Of a DNA stretch of 64,000 bases, positions 1 through 11,254 are shown piece after piece. Position numbers and translations under genes: made by a program. Position 1 is the stretch's first letter. Every line of letters begins with the position of its first letter. Source of the stretch: Alphaproteobacteria bacterium (GTDB lineage Bacteria; Pseudomonadota; Alphaproteobacteria; Bin95); NCBI GenBank assembly GCA_022827685.1, contig JAJEIH010000117.1:198-64197 (forward strand), in the 5' to 3' direction. Under the pieces are notes generated by a model that saw nothing but the letters and a program-made list of their open reading frames with translations, was not told where the DNA came from and made no database searches.

Positions 1-17
1 GGGAGTTCGCCCCCGAC

Positions 18-44
18 CATGACATCTCATGACATTCCATGACG
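18..44 (+). repeat. Three CATGAC(A) direct repeats at 10-bp period; 3' end of the dispersed intergenic element, whose upstream part lies outside the window
   Basis: CATGACATCT-CATGACATTC-CATGACG; the same array occurs at 12355-12381 (minus) and 54311-54380 (plus). Confidence 0.8.
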
Positions 45-75
45 TTTCGCCAGGGGCGCGCGGTCATCCCCATCC

Positions 76-101
76 GTCGCCCCGGATTGCGATCCGGGGC
101 C
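76..101. repeat. REP-like palindrome
   Basis: GTC-GCCCCGGAT-tgcg-ATCCGGGGC hairpin, similar to the GTCACCCCGGAC...ATCCGGGGTC unit at 55877-55911. Confidence 0.6.
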
Positions 102-117
102 TCAAGCGGCCGTCCGC

Positions 118-768
118 TCATCCGGAACGGCGCGCGCCCTGGAACAGCGGATGACCGAGGGCGGCTTCCAGATCGGCGAGCGCCTGCGCCTCGGTCTCGA
201 CCTTGATGGTCGCCATGCCCATGGCGCGGGCCGGCTTGAGGTTGATGCCGAGATCGTCGAGGAAGACGCAGGCCGCCGGCGCCACGCCAAGGCGCTCGCA
301 GGCGATGCGGTAGAAGGCCGGCTCCGGCTTGCGCACCCTGGCCTCGCGCGACTCGACCACCGCGTCGAACAGCGCCATCGCGTCTGCGATCTGGCGGGCC
401 CGGGGGCCGTCCTCGCCGGGCGCGCGCATATTGTTGGTGAGGCAGGCCGTCCGGTAGCGGGCCGCGACCGCCCGCAGCGCCGCCACCATGCGCGGCCGCA
501 CCGGGCCCTGGATGAGGTCGAGGATTTCGCCGGCATCGAGCCTGTAGCCGAGCGCCGCCGCCTCGGCCTCGAAGCGGTGGCAGAACGCCGCCCGGTCGAT
601 GTCGCTGCGCTCGAACAGCGCCCAGGCATTGCTGTCCGGATTGCGGCTGTTGATACGCCGGACCGTTCCTTCCGGCAGGCCTTTGGCGCGCTCGTAGCGG
701 GCGAAGGCGTCGAAGGGGCTCTCCGTCAGCACGCCGCCGAAATCCCAGAGCACCGCCTCGACGGTCAC
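118..768 (-). CDS. HAD-superfamily hydrolase/phosphatase (epoxide hydrolase N-terminal-like)
   Basis: AVLWDFGGVL, LTNN, KPEPAFY and FLDDLGINL motifs; GTG start overlaps the upstream stop (GTGA). Confidence 0.85.
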   Translation of the reverse strand: MTVEAVLWDFGGVLTESPFDAFARYERAKGLPEGTVRRINSRNPDSNAWALFERSDIDRAAFCHRFEAEAAALGYRLDAGEILDLIQGPVRPRMVAALRAVAARYRTACLTNNMRAPGEDGPRARQIADAMALFDAVVESREARVRKPEPAFYRIACERLGVAPAACVFLDDLGINLKPARAMGMATIKVETEAQALADLEAALGHPLFQGARRSG

Positions 769-1863
769 GGCGCGCCTCCCTGGCAGCGGGCCGGGCTCAA
801 GGCGGACTCTTCGAGGCCGAGGTCCCGGACTTCCCGCGGCAGACCTTCGCCCGCCGCCAGCGCCGCCACCGTCATCCCCATCGCCGGCGCGGTCTGGATG
901 CCGTAGCCGCCTTGCCCCGCACACCAGAAGAAGCCGGGGATACCGGGATCGAAACCCGCCACCAGCGTCTTGTCGGCGACGAAGCTGCGCAGGCCCGCCC
1001 AGCGCCGCTCGATGCGGCGGACGGCGAAGACCGTCGCGCGCTCGATCCGGTCCACCGCCATCGCCACGTCGATCTCCTCCGGCTGCGCATCGCAGGGCGG
1101 CGAAGGCGTCTCGTCGGCGAGCGAACCCAGCACGCGGCCCGATTCCGGCTTGAAGTAGAACTGCTCATCGACATCGACCGCCATCGGCCACGCGCCGGTT
1201 TCCGCCTCGAAGGTGAAGGCGGTCCGCCGCTTGGGCACGAGGCCTATGGGGGCCGCGCCGGCCAGTTCCCCGATCTCGTCGGCCCAGGCGCCGGCGGCGT
1301 TCACGACGATGCGCGCCTCCAGCGCGTCCCCGCCCCGGAGCGCCACCCGCCATCCGCGTCCGCTCCGTTCGAGCCCTTCCACCTCTGCATTGCGCCGGAG
1401 CGGCACGCCGCGAAGGAAGCCCCGGTGCAGGGCGTGAATGTCGATATCCGAAGCCTCCGGCTCGAAGACGCCCCCGGCCACATAGTCCGGCCGGAGCGCG
1501 GGAATCAGCCGGCAGACCTCGCCGCTGTCCAGCATCCGGATCTCCGGGACGAACCGCCGGCCGTCGCGGAAGGCGCCTTCCAGCGAGTCCGACTGGTCGG
1601 CGCGCCCGAACAGGACCAGGCCGCGGGGCGTCAGCAGCGGCACGTCCGGGAACCCCTCCGGGGGGCTGTCGAAAAACGGCTTCGAGGCGACTGTCAGCGC
1701 CCGGATCGCGGCGTTGCCATAGGCTTGGGTATAGAGCGCCGCCGAACGCCCTGTGGTGTGGTAGCCCGGCTGGTCTTCCTGCTCCAGCAGCAGCACGTCG
1801 AAGCGCCGGGCGAGGAAATGCGCGGCGGAGGCTCCGGCCATGCCGGCGCCGATGACGACGATG

Positions 1864-1871
<8 letters not shown>
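765..1871 (-). CDS. FAD-dependent oxidoreductase, DadA/DAO family (D-arginine dehydrogenase-like)
   Basis: DIVVIGAGMAG, GYHTTGRSAA, WAGLRSF and GQGGYGIQTAPA motifs. Confidence 0.85.
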
Positions 1872-3637
<1,766 letters not shown>

Positions 3638-3650
3638 GGGAGCCGCCTTC

Positions 3651-4517
3651 TTGCAGGAGCACCGCGCAGGGCCGGAGGTCAAAGCCGAAACGCCGGTTCA
3701 GGCGACCCTGCGCCGGGCCGTGTTCGCCCTGCTCGTTACCGTGTCCCTGGTCGCGCTGGTCGTCGGCAAGGCGGAAGTCTATGTCTTCGACTGGGTCAAG
3801 AGCGGTGTGGGAGACCTGCTGGCTCCCGTTCTGCAGACGGTGACCCTGCCGGTGCGGGCCGCTCGCGATATCGGCAGCAATCTCGGCCGGGTGGCGGCAT
3901 TGACCGAGGAAAATGCCCGGCTCCAGGAAGAGAATGCGCGCCTGCGCCAATGGCAGTCGCTCGCGCTGCGGCTGGATGGACAGAACCGCGAATTGCGCCG
4001 CCTGCTGCGTTTCGATCCGGGCGAGGAGGTTCGCACGGTTGCCGCGCGGGTCATCGCCGATACGGGCGGCCCCTACGCCCGCAGCATGCTGATGGATGCC
4101 GGCAGCCGCCAGGGCGTTCGCGCGGACCAGGCGGTGATCTCCGGCGAGGGACTGGTCGGACGGGTGATGTCGGCGGGCGCGCGCAGCGCGCGGGTGCTGC
4201 TGATTACCGACCGGCGCTCGCATATTCCGGTGCTGGCGGGTCCTGACCGTGTTCATGCCATCCTTGTCGGCAATAACAGCGCCCGGCCCGTTTTGCGCTT
4301 CCTGCCGCGCAACGCGGCTCTGGCGGCCGGAGATGTGATCGTCACGTCCGGTCGCGGCGGGGTATTTCCTCCCGGCCTTCCCGTCGGCGATGTCAGCGCT
4401 GCCGCGCACTCCGGCGGCGGCGTGGACGTTGTGCCGCATGTGGACTGGACGCGGCTGGAGTTCGTTCGGGTCGTTGACCGGGGCGCGCCGGACGTGGCCG
4501 CGCTTGCCGAGGAATAG
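3651..4517 (+). CDS. mreC: Rod shape-determining protein MreC
   Basis: N-terminal TM, coiled coil EENARL, GLVGRV, TSG.GGVFPPGLPVG; follows mreB; TTG start. Confidence 0.93.
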   Translation: MQEHRAGPEVKAETPVQATLRRAVFALLVTVSLVALVVGKAEVYVFDWVKSGVGDLLAPVLQTVTLPVRAARDIGSNLGRVAALTEENARLQEENARLRQWQSLALRLDGQNRELRRLLRFDPGEEVRTVAARVIADTGGPYARSMLMDAGSRQGVRADQAVISGEGLVGRVMSAGARSARVLLITDRRSHIPVLAGPDRVHAILVGNNSARPVLRFLPRNAALAAGDVIVTSGRGGVFPPGLPVGDVSAAAHSGGGVDVVPHVDWTRLEFVRVVDRGAPDVAALAEE

Positions 4518-5015
4518 ATGCTGGCGCATCTGGACCGGGCGGCCCGCGCGGCGGTTCCCGCAGCAAGCATTGCGGTGCTGCTGCTGATCTCGCTCGTGCC
4601 CTGGATCGGCGACCGCGCCGCGCCGGCCCTTGCCCTTGCGGCGGTCCATTACTGGGCCGGAAGGCGCCCGGACCTCGTGCCGGCGCCCTTCGTCTTTGCT
4701 GTCGGCCTTACGCATGACAGCGTCGCGGATGCGCCGTTCGGACTCATGGCGCTCGTCTATCTGTTCGTGCTCGGGGCTGCGCGCAGCCAGCGCTTTCTGG
4801 TGGTCGGCCAGCCCTTTGTCGCCGGCTGGGCGGTGTTCGCCGTCGTGGCGTGCGGGGCCAGCGCGATCGCGTGGATCGGCGCTTCCCTCTATTACGGCGC
4901 GGCGCTTTCGGTCGGAGCGCCCGTGGCCGTACTGCTGCTCACCGTGCTGACCTTCCCCGCCGTCGCGGGCGCGCTGGCCGTTCTGGATTCCGCGGCGTTG
5001 AAGCGGAGCGCCTGA
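4518..5015 (+). CDS. mreD: Rod shape-determining protein MreD
   Basis: Hydrophobic protein with YW..RRPDL motif, located between mreC and mrdA. Confidence 0.85.
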   Translation: MLAHLDRAARAAVPAASIAVLLLISLVPWIGDRAAPALALAAVHYWAGRRPDLVPAPFVFAVGLTHDSVADAPFGLMALVYLFVLGAARSQRFLVVGQPFVAGWAVFAVVACGASAIAWIGASLYYGAALSVGAPVAVLLLTVLTFPAVAGALAVLDSAALKRSA

Positions 5016-6826
5016 TGACGGGCGTCCGCAGCAGGACCCAGTTGATCCGCCGCCGCGCCCTGCTCGTCGGCGGCGTCCAGATCGGCCTGATCGGGTTGTT
5101 GGTAGGCCGCCTGGTGCAATTGCAGGTGCTGGAAGGCGAGCGCTATTCGCGTCGCGCCGAGGACAATCGCACCGCCGAACGCCTGCTGGCGCCCGAGCGC
5201 GGCGAGATTCTGGACCGCCGGGGCCGGCCGCTGGCCCGCAACCGGGAGACCTACCGCTTGCTGCTGGTTCCGGAAAAGGCCGGGCCTATCGATGCCGCGC
5301 TGGATGAAATCGGGCGCCTTGCGGCACTGGGCCCGACGGCCCGCGAGCGGGTCCGAAGAACGGTGCAAACGCAGCCGGGCTTCGAACCGGTTGTCGTCCT
5401 CGACGACATGTCATGGGAGGAAATGGCCCGTCTTTCTCTGGCAATTGCGGAACGCGAGGGCATTTTCACGAATGCCGCGCAGCGCCGGATCTATCCGCTC
5501 GGCCCGGCGGCAGCCCACGCCATCGGCTATGTCGGCCGCGTGTCGCGGAAGGACCTTGAGCGGTCCGACGGCGCCTCCCTGCTGCGTATGCCCGATTTCC
5601 GCATCGGGAAAACGGGCGTCGAGCGCACCCAGGACGAAACATTGCGAGGCGCGGCCGGCACGCGCCTGATGGAGATCACCTCCACCGGCCGCCAGCGGCG
5701 GGAGCTGGGCCGGCAGGAAGGCCTGTCCGGCGAAACGCTTCACCTCACGCTCGACGCCAATCTCCAGCGTTTCGCGGCCGGGCTGTTCGGGGAGGAGACC
5801 GGCGCAGCCATATTGATGGATATACGGAGCGGCGGCCTGCTGGCCACGGTGTCGGCGCCCAGTTTCGACCCCGGGGCGTTCCACGACGGAATCACGGACC
5901 GGCAGGAGTGGCTCTCTCTCGCCGGCGATCCGCTCCACCCGCTCAGCAATCGCGCCGTTTCCGGTCAGTATGCGCCGGGATCGACCTTCAAGATTGTCGT
6001 CGCGCTGGCAGCGCTCGAAGCGAGGGTGGTGTCGGCCGACCAGCGCTTCTTCTGCAACGGTGTCCACGAACTCGGCACCGGGCGGTTCCACTGCTGGCGC
6101 CGCGGCGGGCACGGGCATGTCGATCTCTTCAAGGCGCTCCAGCAGTCCTGCGACATCTACTTCTACGAAATCGCGCAGCGGACGGGCATCGACCGGATTG
6201 CGGCAATGGCGAGAAAGCTCGGTTTCGGGGCGGCAACCGGAGTCGAACTTCCCGGAGAGTACAACGGGCTCATTCCCACCAAGGCGTGGAAGCGCGAGGC
6301 GCGCGACGAATCCTGGCACGTCGGAGAGACGCTGCTCGCCGGAATCGGTCAGGGCTATGTGCTCGCCACGCCGATTCAATTGGCGACGATGACCGCCCGG
6401 CTCGCCAATGGCACCCACGCGATCCTTCCCAGGCTGATCGGCGGCGAGAGCCCTTCCGAGCTCGGGATCGACAGACGATTTCTGAGGATCGTGCGCAAAA
6501 GTCTGGCCGCCGTCACCGGTTCGCGGCGGGGCACCGCCTGGAATGCCCGGATCGCGGAAGCCGGGTTCGAGATGGCGGGCAAGACCGGCACCTCCCAGGT
6601 CAGGCGCATCTCCAGGCTCGAGCGCCGGCTTGGCGTTCGCAAGAACGAGGACCTGCCGCGGGAACAGCGCGACCATGCGCTCTTCGTCGGCTACGCGCCA
6701 GCCGACAAGCCGCGCTACGCCGCCGCCGTCGTCGTCGAGCATGGCAGCAGCGGGTCCAAGACCGCCGCGCCGATCGCGCGCGACCTGCTGCTGGCCGCCC
6801 AGAAGGCAGAGACCGTAGGGTCATGA
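5015..6826 (+). CDS. mrdA: Penicillin-binding protein 2
   Basis: PERGEILDR, YAPGSTFK (SxxK), SCDIYFY, MAGKTGTSQ (KTG); TGATG coupling to mreD. Confidence 0.96.
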   Translation: MTGVRSRTQLIRRRALLVGGVQIGLIGLLVGRLVQLQVLEGERYSRRAEDNRTAERLLAPERGEILDRRGRPLARNRETYRLLLVPEKAGPIDAALDEIGRLAALGPTARERVRRTVQTQPGFEPVVVLDDMSWEEMARLSLAIAEREGIFTNAAQRRIYPLGPAAAHAIGYVGRVSRKDLERSDGASLLRMPDFRIGKTGVERTQDETLRGAAGTRLMEITSTGRQRRELGRQEGLSGETLHLTLDANLQRFAAGLFGEETGAAILMDIRSGGLLATVSAPSFDPGAFHDGITDRQEWLSLAGDPLHPLSNRAVSGQYAPGSTFKIVVALAALEARVVSADQRFFCNGVHELGTGRFHCWRRGGHGHVDLFKALQQSCDIYFYEIAQRTGIDRIAAMARKLGFGAATGVELPGEYNGLIPTKAWKREARDESWHVGETLLAGIGQGYVLATPIQLATMTARLANGTHAILPRLIGGESPSELGIDRRFLRIVRKSLAAVTGSRRGTAWNARIAEAGFEMAGKTGTSQVRRISRLERRLGVRKNEDLPREQRDHALFVGYAPADKPRYAAAVVVEHGSSGSKTAAPIARDLLLAAQKAETVGS

Positions 6827-7998
6827 AGGCTTGGGAGGTGCGCCAGCCGGGGCTTGGAGTTGGCGGACTGCTGCTCCGGATAGACTGGGTGCTCGTCATT
6901 CTGCTGGCGCTCACGACCGCAGTCGGCTTCGCCATGCTCTATTCGGCGGCCGGAGGGAATATCCAGCCCTGGGCCGGTCCGCATGCCCTGCGTTTCGGGG
7001 CCGGCCTGGTGGTCATGATGGCCGTTGCGCTGATCGATATCCGGTTCTGGCTGCGTTGCGCCTATCCGATCTATGCCGCCTCCCTCCTGCTCGTCATCGG
7101 GGTGGAGTTTCTGGGCGAGGTCGGCATGGGGGCCCAGCGCTGGCTGAAGCTTGGCCCGCTGTCGGTCCAGCCGTCCGAATTCATGAAGATCGCCCTGGTG
7201 CTGGCGCTCGCCCGCCACTTCCACGCCCTCGACGAAAGGGAAGCGAACAGCTGGCCCTGGCTGCTGCTGGCGCTGGCGCTGATTGCGGCCCCGGCCCTGC
7301 TGGTCGCGCGGCAACCGGATCTCGGCACGGCGGCCATGATCGGGGCCGGCGGCGTGGCGCTGCTCTTTCTGGGCGGCGTCTCCTGGCGGCTGTTCGCGCT
7401 GTTCGGCATCGCGGCAGGGGCGCTTGTGCCGGCGGTCTGGTACGGGCTGAAGGACTATCAGCGCGACAGGGTGCTCACCTTCCTCGATCCCGAGCGAGAC
7501 CTGGCCGGCGCCGGCTATCACGGCTTCCAGTCGAAAATCGGCATCGGTTCGGGCGGCGAGTTCGGAAAGGGTTACCTGGAAGGCACGCAAAGCCATCTGG
7601 GCTTCCTGCCGGAAAGCCACACGGACTTCATTTTCGCCGTCATTTCCGAGGAATTCGGCCTTGCCGGCGGCCTCTTCGTCCTCGCGCTCTATCTTGCCGT
7701 CATGGGCTACGGTTTCGCCATCGGCTTCATGGCGCGGAACGATTTCGCCCGGCTCCTCGCTTTCGGCGTCACCTTCACCTTCTTCCTGTTCGTGTTCGCC
7801 AATGTCGCCATGGTTGCCGGCCTGATCCCGGTGGTCGGCGTGCCGCTGCCGTTCATTTCCTATGGCGGCACGGCGATGCTGACGCTCCAGATCGGCTTCG
7901 GCCTCGTGCTCTCGGCCAAGGTTTACCGGGATGTCGAAATGGAGGAGGACGCCGCCGGGCGACCGGCGGGGCCGGGATCGATCGCCGCGATGCGCTGA
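6823..7998 (+). CDS. rodA: SEDS peptidoglycan polymerase RodA
   Basis: GAQRW, QPSEFMK, QPDLGTA, FLPESHTDFIF, GVPLPFISYGG; ATGA coupling. Confidence 0.96.
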   Translation: MKAWEVRQPGLGVGGLLLRIDWVLVILLALTTAVGFAMLYSAAGGNIQPWAGPHALRFGAGLVVMMAVALIDIRFWLRCAYPIYAASLLLVIGVEFLGEVGMGAQRWLKLGPLSVQPSEFMKIALVLALARHFHALDEREANSWPWLLLALALIAAPALLVARQPDLGTAAMIGAGGVALLFLGGVSWRLFALFGIAAGALVPAVWYGLKDYQRDRVLTFLDPERDLAGAGYHGFQSKIGIGSGGEFGKGYLEGTQSHLGFLPESHTDFIFAVISEEFGLAGGLFVLALYLAVMGYGFAIGFMARNDFARLLAFGVTFTFFLFVFANVAMVAGLIPVVGVPLPFISYGGTAMLTLQIGFGLVLSAKVYRDVEMEEDAAGRPAGPGSIAAMR

Positions 7999-8459
7999 AC
8001 CATCTTCGGGCCTTCCATCCGGCCATGCTCATAGGCCAGCACGACAAGGCGGCCGGCGACCGCCTGGAGCAATTCGCCCGGCCGCAGAAGGAAGTCCGGA
8101 TTGCGGGGACGCCCGAAGGCCTCCTGGCCCTGGGCGAATGTTTCGTAGAGCAGGAGGCCGCCCGGCGCGACGAGCGAAACCGTGGCGGCAAGCGTCGGGC
8201 GGTGGAGGTAGTTGACGACCACCACCACCCCGAACCGCCGGTTGGCGAAAGGCCAGGGGCTGCCGTCCTCGAGGTCCCAGGCAAGGCCGCCCGGCAGCCG
8301 GGAAATGTCCCTGTCCACCGCGAGCACCGGATGGCCGCGGGCGGCGAAGAACCGCGTATGCCGGCCTCTGCCGGCAGCCAGGTCGAGCACGGGCGCGCCG
8401 GGCGGCGCGAGATCGGCGAAGCGCGCGATCCAGGCCGAGACTGGCGTCGGTTCCTTCAT
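7923..8459 (-). CDS. Class I SAM-dependent methyltransferase
   Basis: VLDLAAGRGRH, VNYLHRP, GGLLLYETF, GRPRNPDFLL. Confidence 0.85.
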   Translation of the reverse strand: MKEPTPVSAWIARFADLAPPGAPVLDLAAGRGRHTRFFAARGHPVLAVDRDISRLPGGLAWDLEDGSPWPFANRRFGVVVVVNYLHRPTLAATVSLVAPGGLLLYETFAQGQEAFGRPRNPDFLLRPGELLQAVAGRLVVLAYEHGRMEGPKMVQRIAAIDPGPAGRPAASSSISTSR

Positions 8460-8476
8460 GGCACTATATGTGAGGC

Positions 8477-8899
8477 ATGATCGTTTACCGGCTCACCTGC
8501 GCGAACGAGCACGAGTTCGAGGCCTGGTTCCGCGACAGCGCCGCCTGCGACGCGCAGATCGCCGAGGGCAAGGTGATGTGCCCGCATTGCGGCGACAGCT
8601 CGGCGCGCAAGAGCCTGATGACGCCCAATGTGGCGCCCAAGGGAACGGACAGCGCCGCCGACGGGCCGTCGGCGCGCCGGGCCGCCATGATGCGGGGGCT
8701 CCGGGAACTGCGCCGCAAGGTCGAGGAAAACTGCGACTATGTCGGGCCCCGCTTCGCGGAGGAAGCGCGCCGCATCCATTACGGCGAGGCCGACAGCCAT
8801 GCGATCTACGGCGAAACGACGCTCGAGGAAGCCAGGGCGCTGACCGACGAGGGCATCGAATTCGGCCGCATCCCCTGGGCGCCCAGGCTGGACAGCTGA
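8477..8899 (+). CDS. DUF1178 family protein
   Basis: MIVYRLTC..HEFEAWF, CPHCG, DYVG.RFAEEARRIHYGE..IYGE. Confidence 0.9.
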   Translation: MIVYRLTCANEHEFEAWFRDSAACDAQIAEGKVMCPHCGDSSARKSLMTPNVAPKGTDSAADGPSARRAAMMRGLRELRRKVEENCDYVGPRFAEEARRIHYGEADSHAIYGETTLEEARALTDEGIEFGRIPWAPRLDS

Positions 8900-8919
8900 G
8901 CGGCCCGCCCGCCCCGTCC

Positions 8920-10257
8920 TCATCGCCCCCCGACCGTCATGGCCTCGACCCGCAGGGTGGGGGCGTTCGCCGAGCCGCGGAACACCAGGTCATCGGCGGC
9001 GTCGAGGCCGAGCAGCATGTCGCGCAGCTCCCCGGCTATGGTGATTTCGCTCACCGGCTCGGCGATCTTGCCCCCCCGAATCGCGAAACCCGCCGCGCCC
9101 TGGCTGTAGCGCCCGGCGACGAGATCGACGCCGTGCCCCATGAGCGCGGTCACGAACAGGCCGTTTTCGATCTCGCCGATCATGTCCTCCGGCGAGCGGC
9201 GGCCCGGCTCAAGGTAGAGATTGGACGATGCGGGACCGGGAGCGGACCCGGCGCCGCGGGAGGCGTGGCCGGTCGGCGGCAGGCCGAGCTGGCGGGCCGA
9301 GCGCAGGTCCAGCAACCATGAACGGAGCACGCCGTCCTCGACCAGCGCCCGGCGCCGGCATGGCAGGCCTTCGGCGTCGAACGGGCGCGAGCCGAGTCCC
9401 CGCCTGCGGCCCGGATCGTCGATCAGGTTCATGCCGTCCTTCAGCACTGCCTCGCCCATGGCGTCCTTGAGGAAGCTTGTGCCGCGCGCGACGGCGGCGC
9501 CGTTGATGGCGCCGGCAAGCGCGCCGACCAGCCCGCCGGCAAGGCGCTGCTCGAAGACCACCGGCATCACGGCCGTCTCGGGCTTGACGGGCCCGAGCCG
9601 TTTCACCGCGCGCTCGCCGGCGCTGCGGCCCACCGCCGCCGGCTCCGCGAGGTCCGAAGCGTGGACGGCGCGGGACCAGTCATATCCGCTTTCCATCGCC
9701 GTGCCCTCGCCCGCCAGGACGGACACGGACAGCCCGCATCCCGACCTCCGGTAGCCGCCTGCGAACCCGTTGCTCGAGACGAGCGCGACATGGGTCTCGC
9801 TGCGGCTGGCGCCGGCGCCCTCGGAATTGGTGACGCCCGCGACGTCGAGCGCCGCCGCCTCCGCTTCCAGGGCGCCGCGGACAAGGTCTTCCGAAGCCGG
9901 GCGGGCGTCGTCATAGAGGTCGAGTTCCGGCCAATCCTCTGCCAGAAGCGCCGGCTCCGCCAGCCCGGCATGGGGGTCTTCGGGCGCGGCCCGCGCCATG
10001 GCGACCGCCCGCCCGACCAGCGCGGACGCCGTTTCCGCCTGCCGGTCGGCGGTGGCGACGATCGCCTGACGGCGCCCGACCAGCACACGCAGCCCGGTCT
10101 TGCGCAGCTCGGAGCGCTCCATGTGCTCGATCTTGCCGAGCCGTACCGCCGCATCCAGCGAGCGGCTGTCGATATCGACGGCGTCGGCCTCGTCGGCGCC
10201 CCGGGCGCGGGCTTCGCGCACAAGGTCGCCCAGGAAGTTCAGGACATCGTTTGCCAT
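8920..10257 (-). CDS. pmbA: TldD/PmbA family protein (PmbA/TldE)
   Basis: GVTNSEGAG, GLGSRPFDAEG, TGHASRG, PVSEITIAG, APTL. Confidence 0.9.
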   Translation of the reverse strand: MANDVLNFLGDLVREARARGADEADAVDIDSRSLDAAVRLGKIEHMERSELRKTGLRVLVGRRQAIVATADRQAETASALVGRAVAMARAAPEDPHAGLAEPALLAEDWPELDLYDDARPASEDLVRGALEAEAAALDVAGVTNSEGAGASRSETHVALVSSNGFAGGYRRSGCGLSVSVLAGEGTAMESGYDWSRAVHASDLAEPAAVGRSAGERAVKRLGPVKPETAVMPVVFEQRLAGGLVGALAGAINGAAVARGTSFLKDAMGEAVLKDGMNLIDDPGRRRGLGSRPFDAEGLPCRRRALVEDGVLRSWLLDLRSARQLGLPPTGHASRGAGSAPGPASSNLYLEPGRRSPEDMIGEIENGLFVTALMGHGVDLVAGRYSQGAAGFAIRGGKIAEPVSEITIAGELRDMLLGLDAADDLVFRGSANAPTLRVEAMTVGGR

Positions 10258-10270
10258 GGCGGCCCGAACA

Positions 10271-10539
10271 TAGCCCGCATTTCTCACCGGGGTCACGGTC
10301 TGCGTCGCGTCCAGGCGTTCGATCCGCAAGGAGCGGGCCGAAAAGCGTAGCGGCGCTTACGCTTGAGGCCCACGACGCCGCGGGCGGACGCCTGGGCGCG
10401 ACCCGAAGGGCGGCGCTGTCGGGCCGTCAGGCTGCGTCGATCCGCTTGCCCGATGCCCCGCATCGCGCTGCGCGGCTCTCCTACCCTGACGGCCCGACAG
10501 CGCCGCGCAGACCATGACCCCGGTGAGAAATGCGGGCTA
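10271..10539. mobile_element. MITE-like non-autonomous element with 34-bp terminal inverted repeats (including flanking TA)
   Basis: 10271-10304 vs reverse complement of 10506-10539 match at 33/34 nt; perfect internal 22-bp IR 10410-10431/10485-10506; no ORF resembling a transposase. Confidence 0.8.
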
Positions 10540-10612
10540 GCCCACGGGACCGTTCCCGTCTCGCCGCCGGCGCGGTCCCGTGCGGCGCGGAAGCGGCATA
10601 TCGCAATGCAAC

Positions 10613-10644
10613 AAAAAAGGGCCGCCCCCTTTCGGGAGCGGCCC
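10613..10644 (-). terminator. Rho-independent terminator of the phasin gene
   Basis: Minus strand GGGCCGCTCCC-GAAA-GGGGGCGGCCC followed by T6. Confidence 0.85.
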
Positions 10645-10669
10645 GGCGCGAAGGGGAGGAACTACGCGC

Positions 10670-11125
10670 CTATGATTTTGCGGGTGCGGCCTTCTCGGCG
10701 GGCTTTGCCGGCGGGACGACCATGGCGGCCGTCTCGTCCATGGCCTCGCGAACGCGCTTGTCGATCAGGCCGAACACCTCGCGGCCGGTTTTGGCCGACA
10801 TGTCCGCAAGTTCCCCGGTTCCCGCGACCGCCGAGTCCCAGGCGCCCCTGGCGAAGGCCGCGCCGCGCTCCGCCTTGTCCTCGAAGCTCGCATCGCCGAA
10901 GAACAGGTTCATGTTGGCGGCGGAGGCTTCGACCGCCTCGCGCGCCAGCTCGCCCTGCCGGCGCATGAAGGCGCCCGCGCCTTCGAACGCCGTCTGGCCG
11001 GCGGCGGTCATGGCCTCGACATTCTTGCGGTGCAGCGCCATGGCGCCCTCGGCGTCGAAGGCCGGGATCCTGAAATCGGCCATGAACCGGGCCGGGTCGA
11101 AGTCGGCGAAGGGCATCTTGTACAT
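10670..11125 (-). CDS. phaP: Phasin (PHA granule-associated protein)
   Basis: FDP.RFMADFRIP, HRKNVEAMTAAGQTAFEG..RRQ.E, ELADM..K...EVF..I.KR pattern of alphaproteobacterial phasins. Confidence 0.85.
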   Translation of the reverse strand: MYKMPFADFDPARFMADFRIPAFDAEGAMALHRKNVEAMTAAGQTAFEGAGAFMRRQGELAREAVEASAANMNLFFGDASFEDKAERGAAFARGAWDSAVAGTGELADMSAKTGREVFGLIDKRVREAMDETAAMVVPPAKPAEKAAPAKS

Positions 11126-11197
11126 CGGTCTCGTGGTCTCCGTTCCAGTATCGGGAGCCGCTTGCCGCAGGAGCCTGCGACCATCGTCTCGCAACGC

Positions 11198-11249
11198 AAT
11201 ATGATTATGCTGCGATGCAGCGTCAAGTCTTTTTTTGTGCGGCGCACAA
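11198..11249 (-). promoter_or_regulatory. Phasin sigma70-type promoter with PhaR-type operator sites
   Basis: Minus strand TTGACG(11226-11221)-N17-CATATT; TGCGATGCA (11211-11219) and TGCGGCGCACAA (11238-11249) fit the TGCRNYGCA PhaR-type motif. Confidence 0.7.
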
Positions 11250-11254
11250 ATTTT

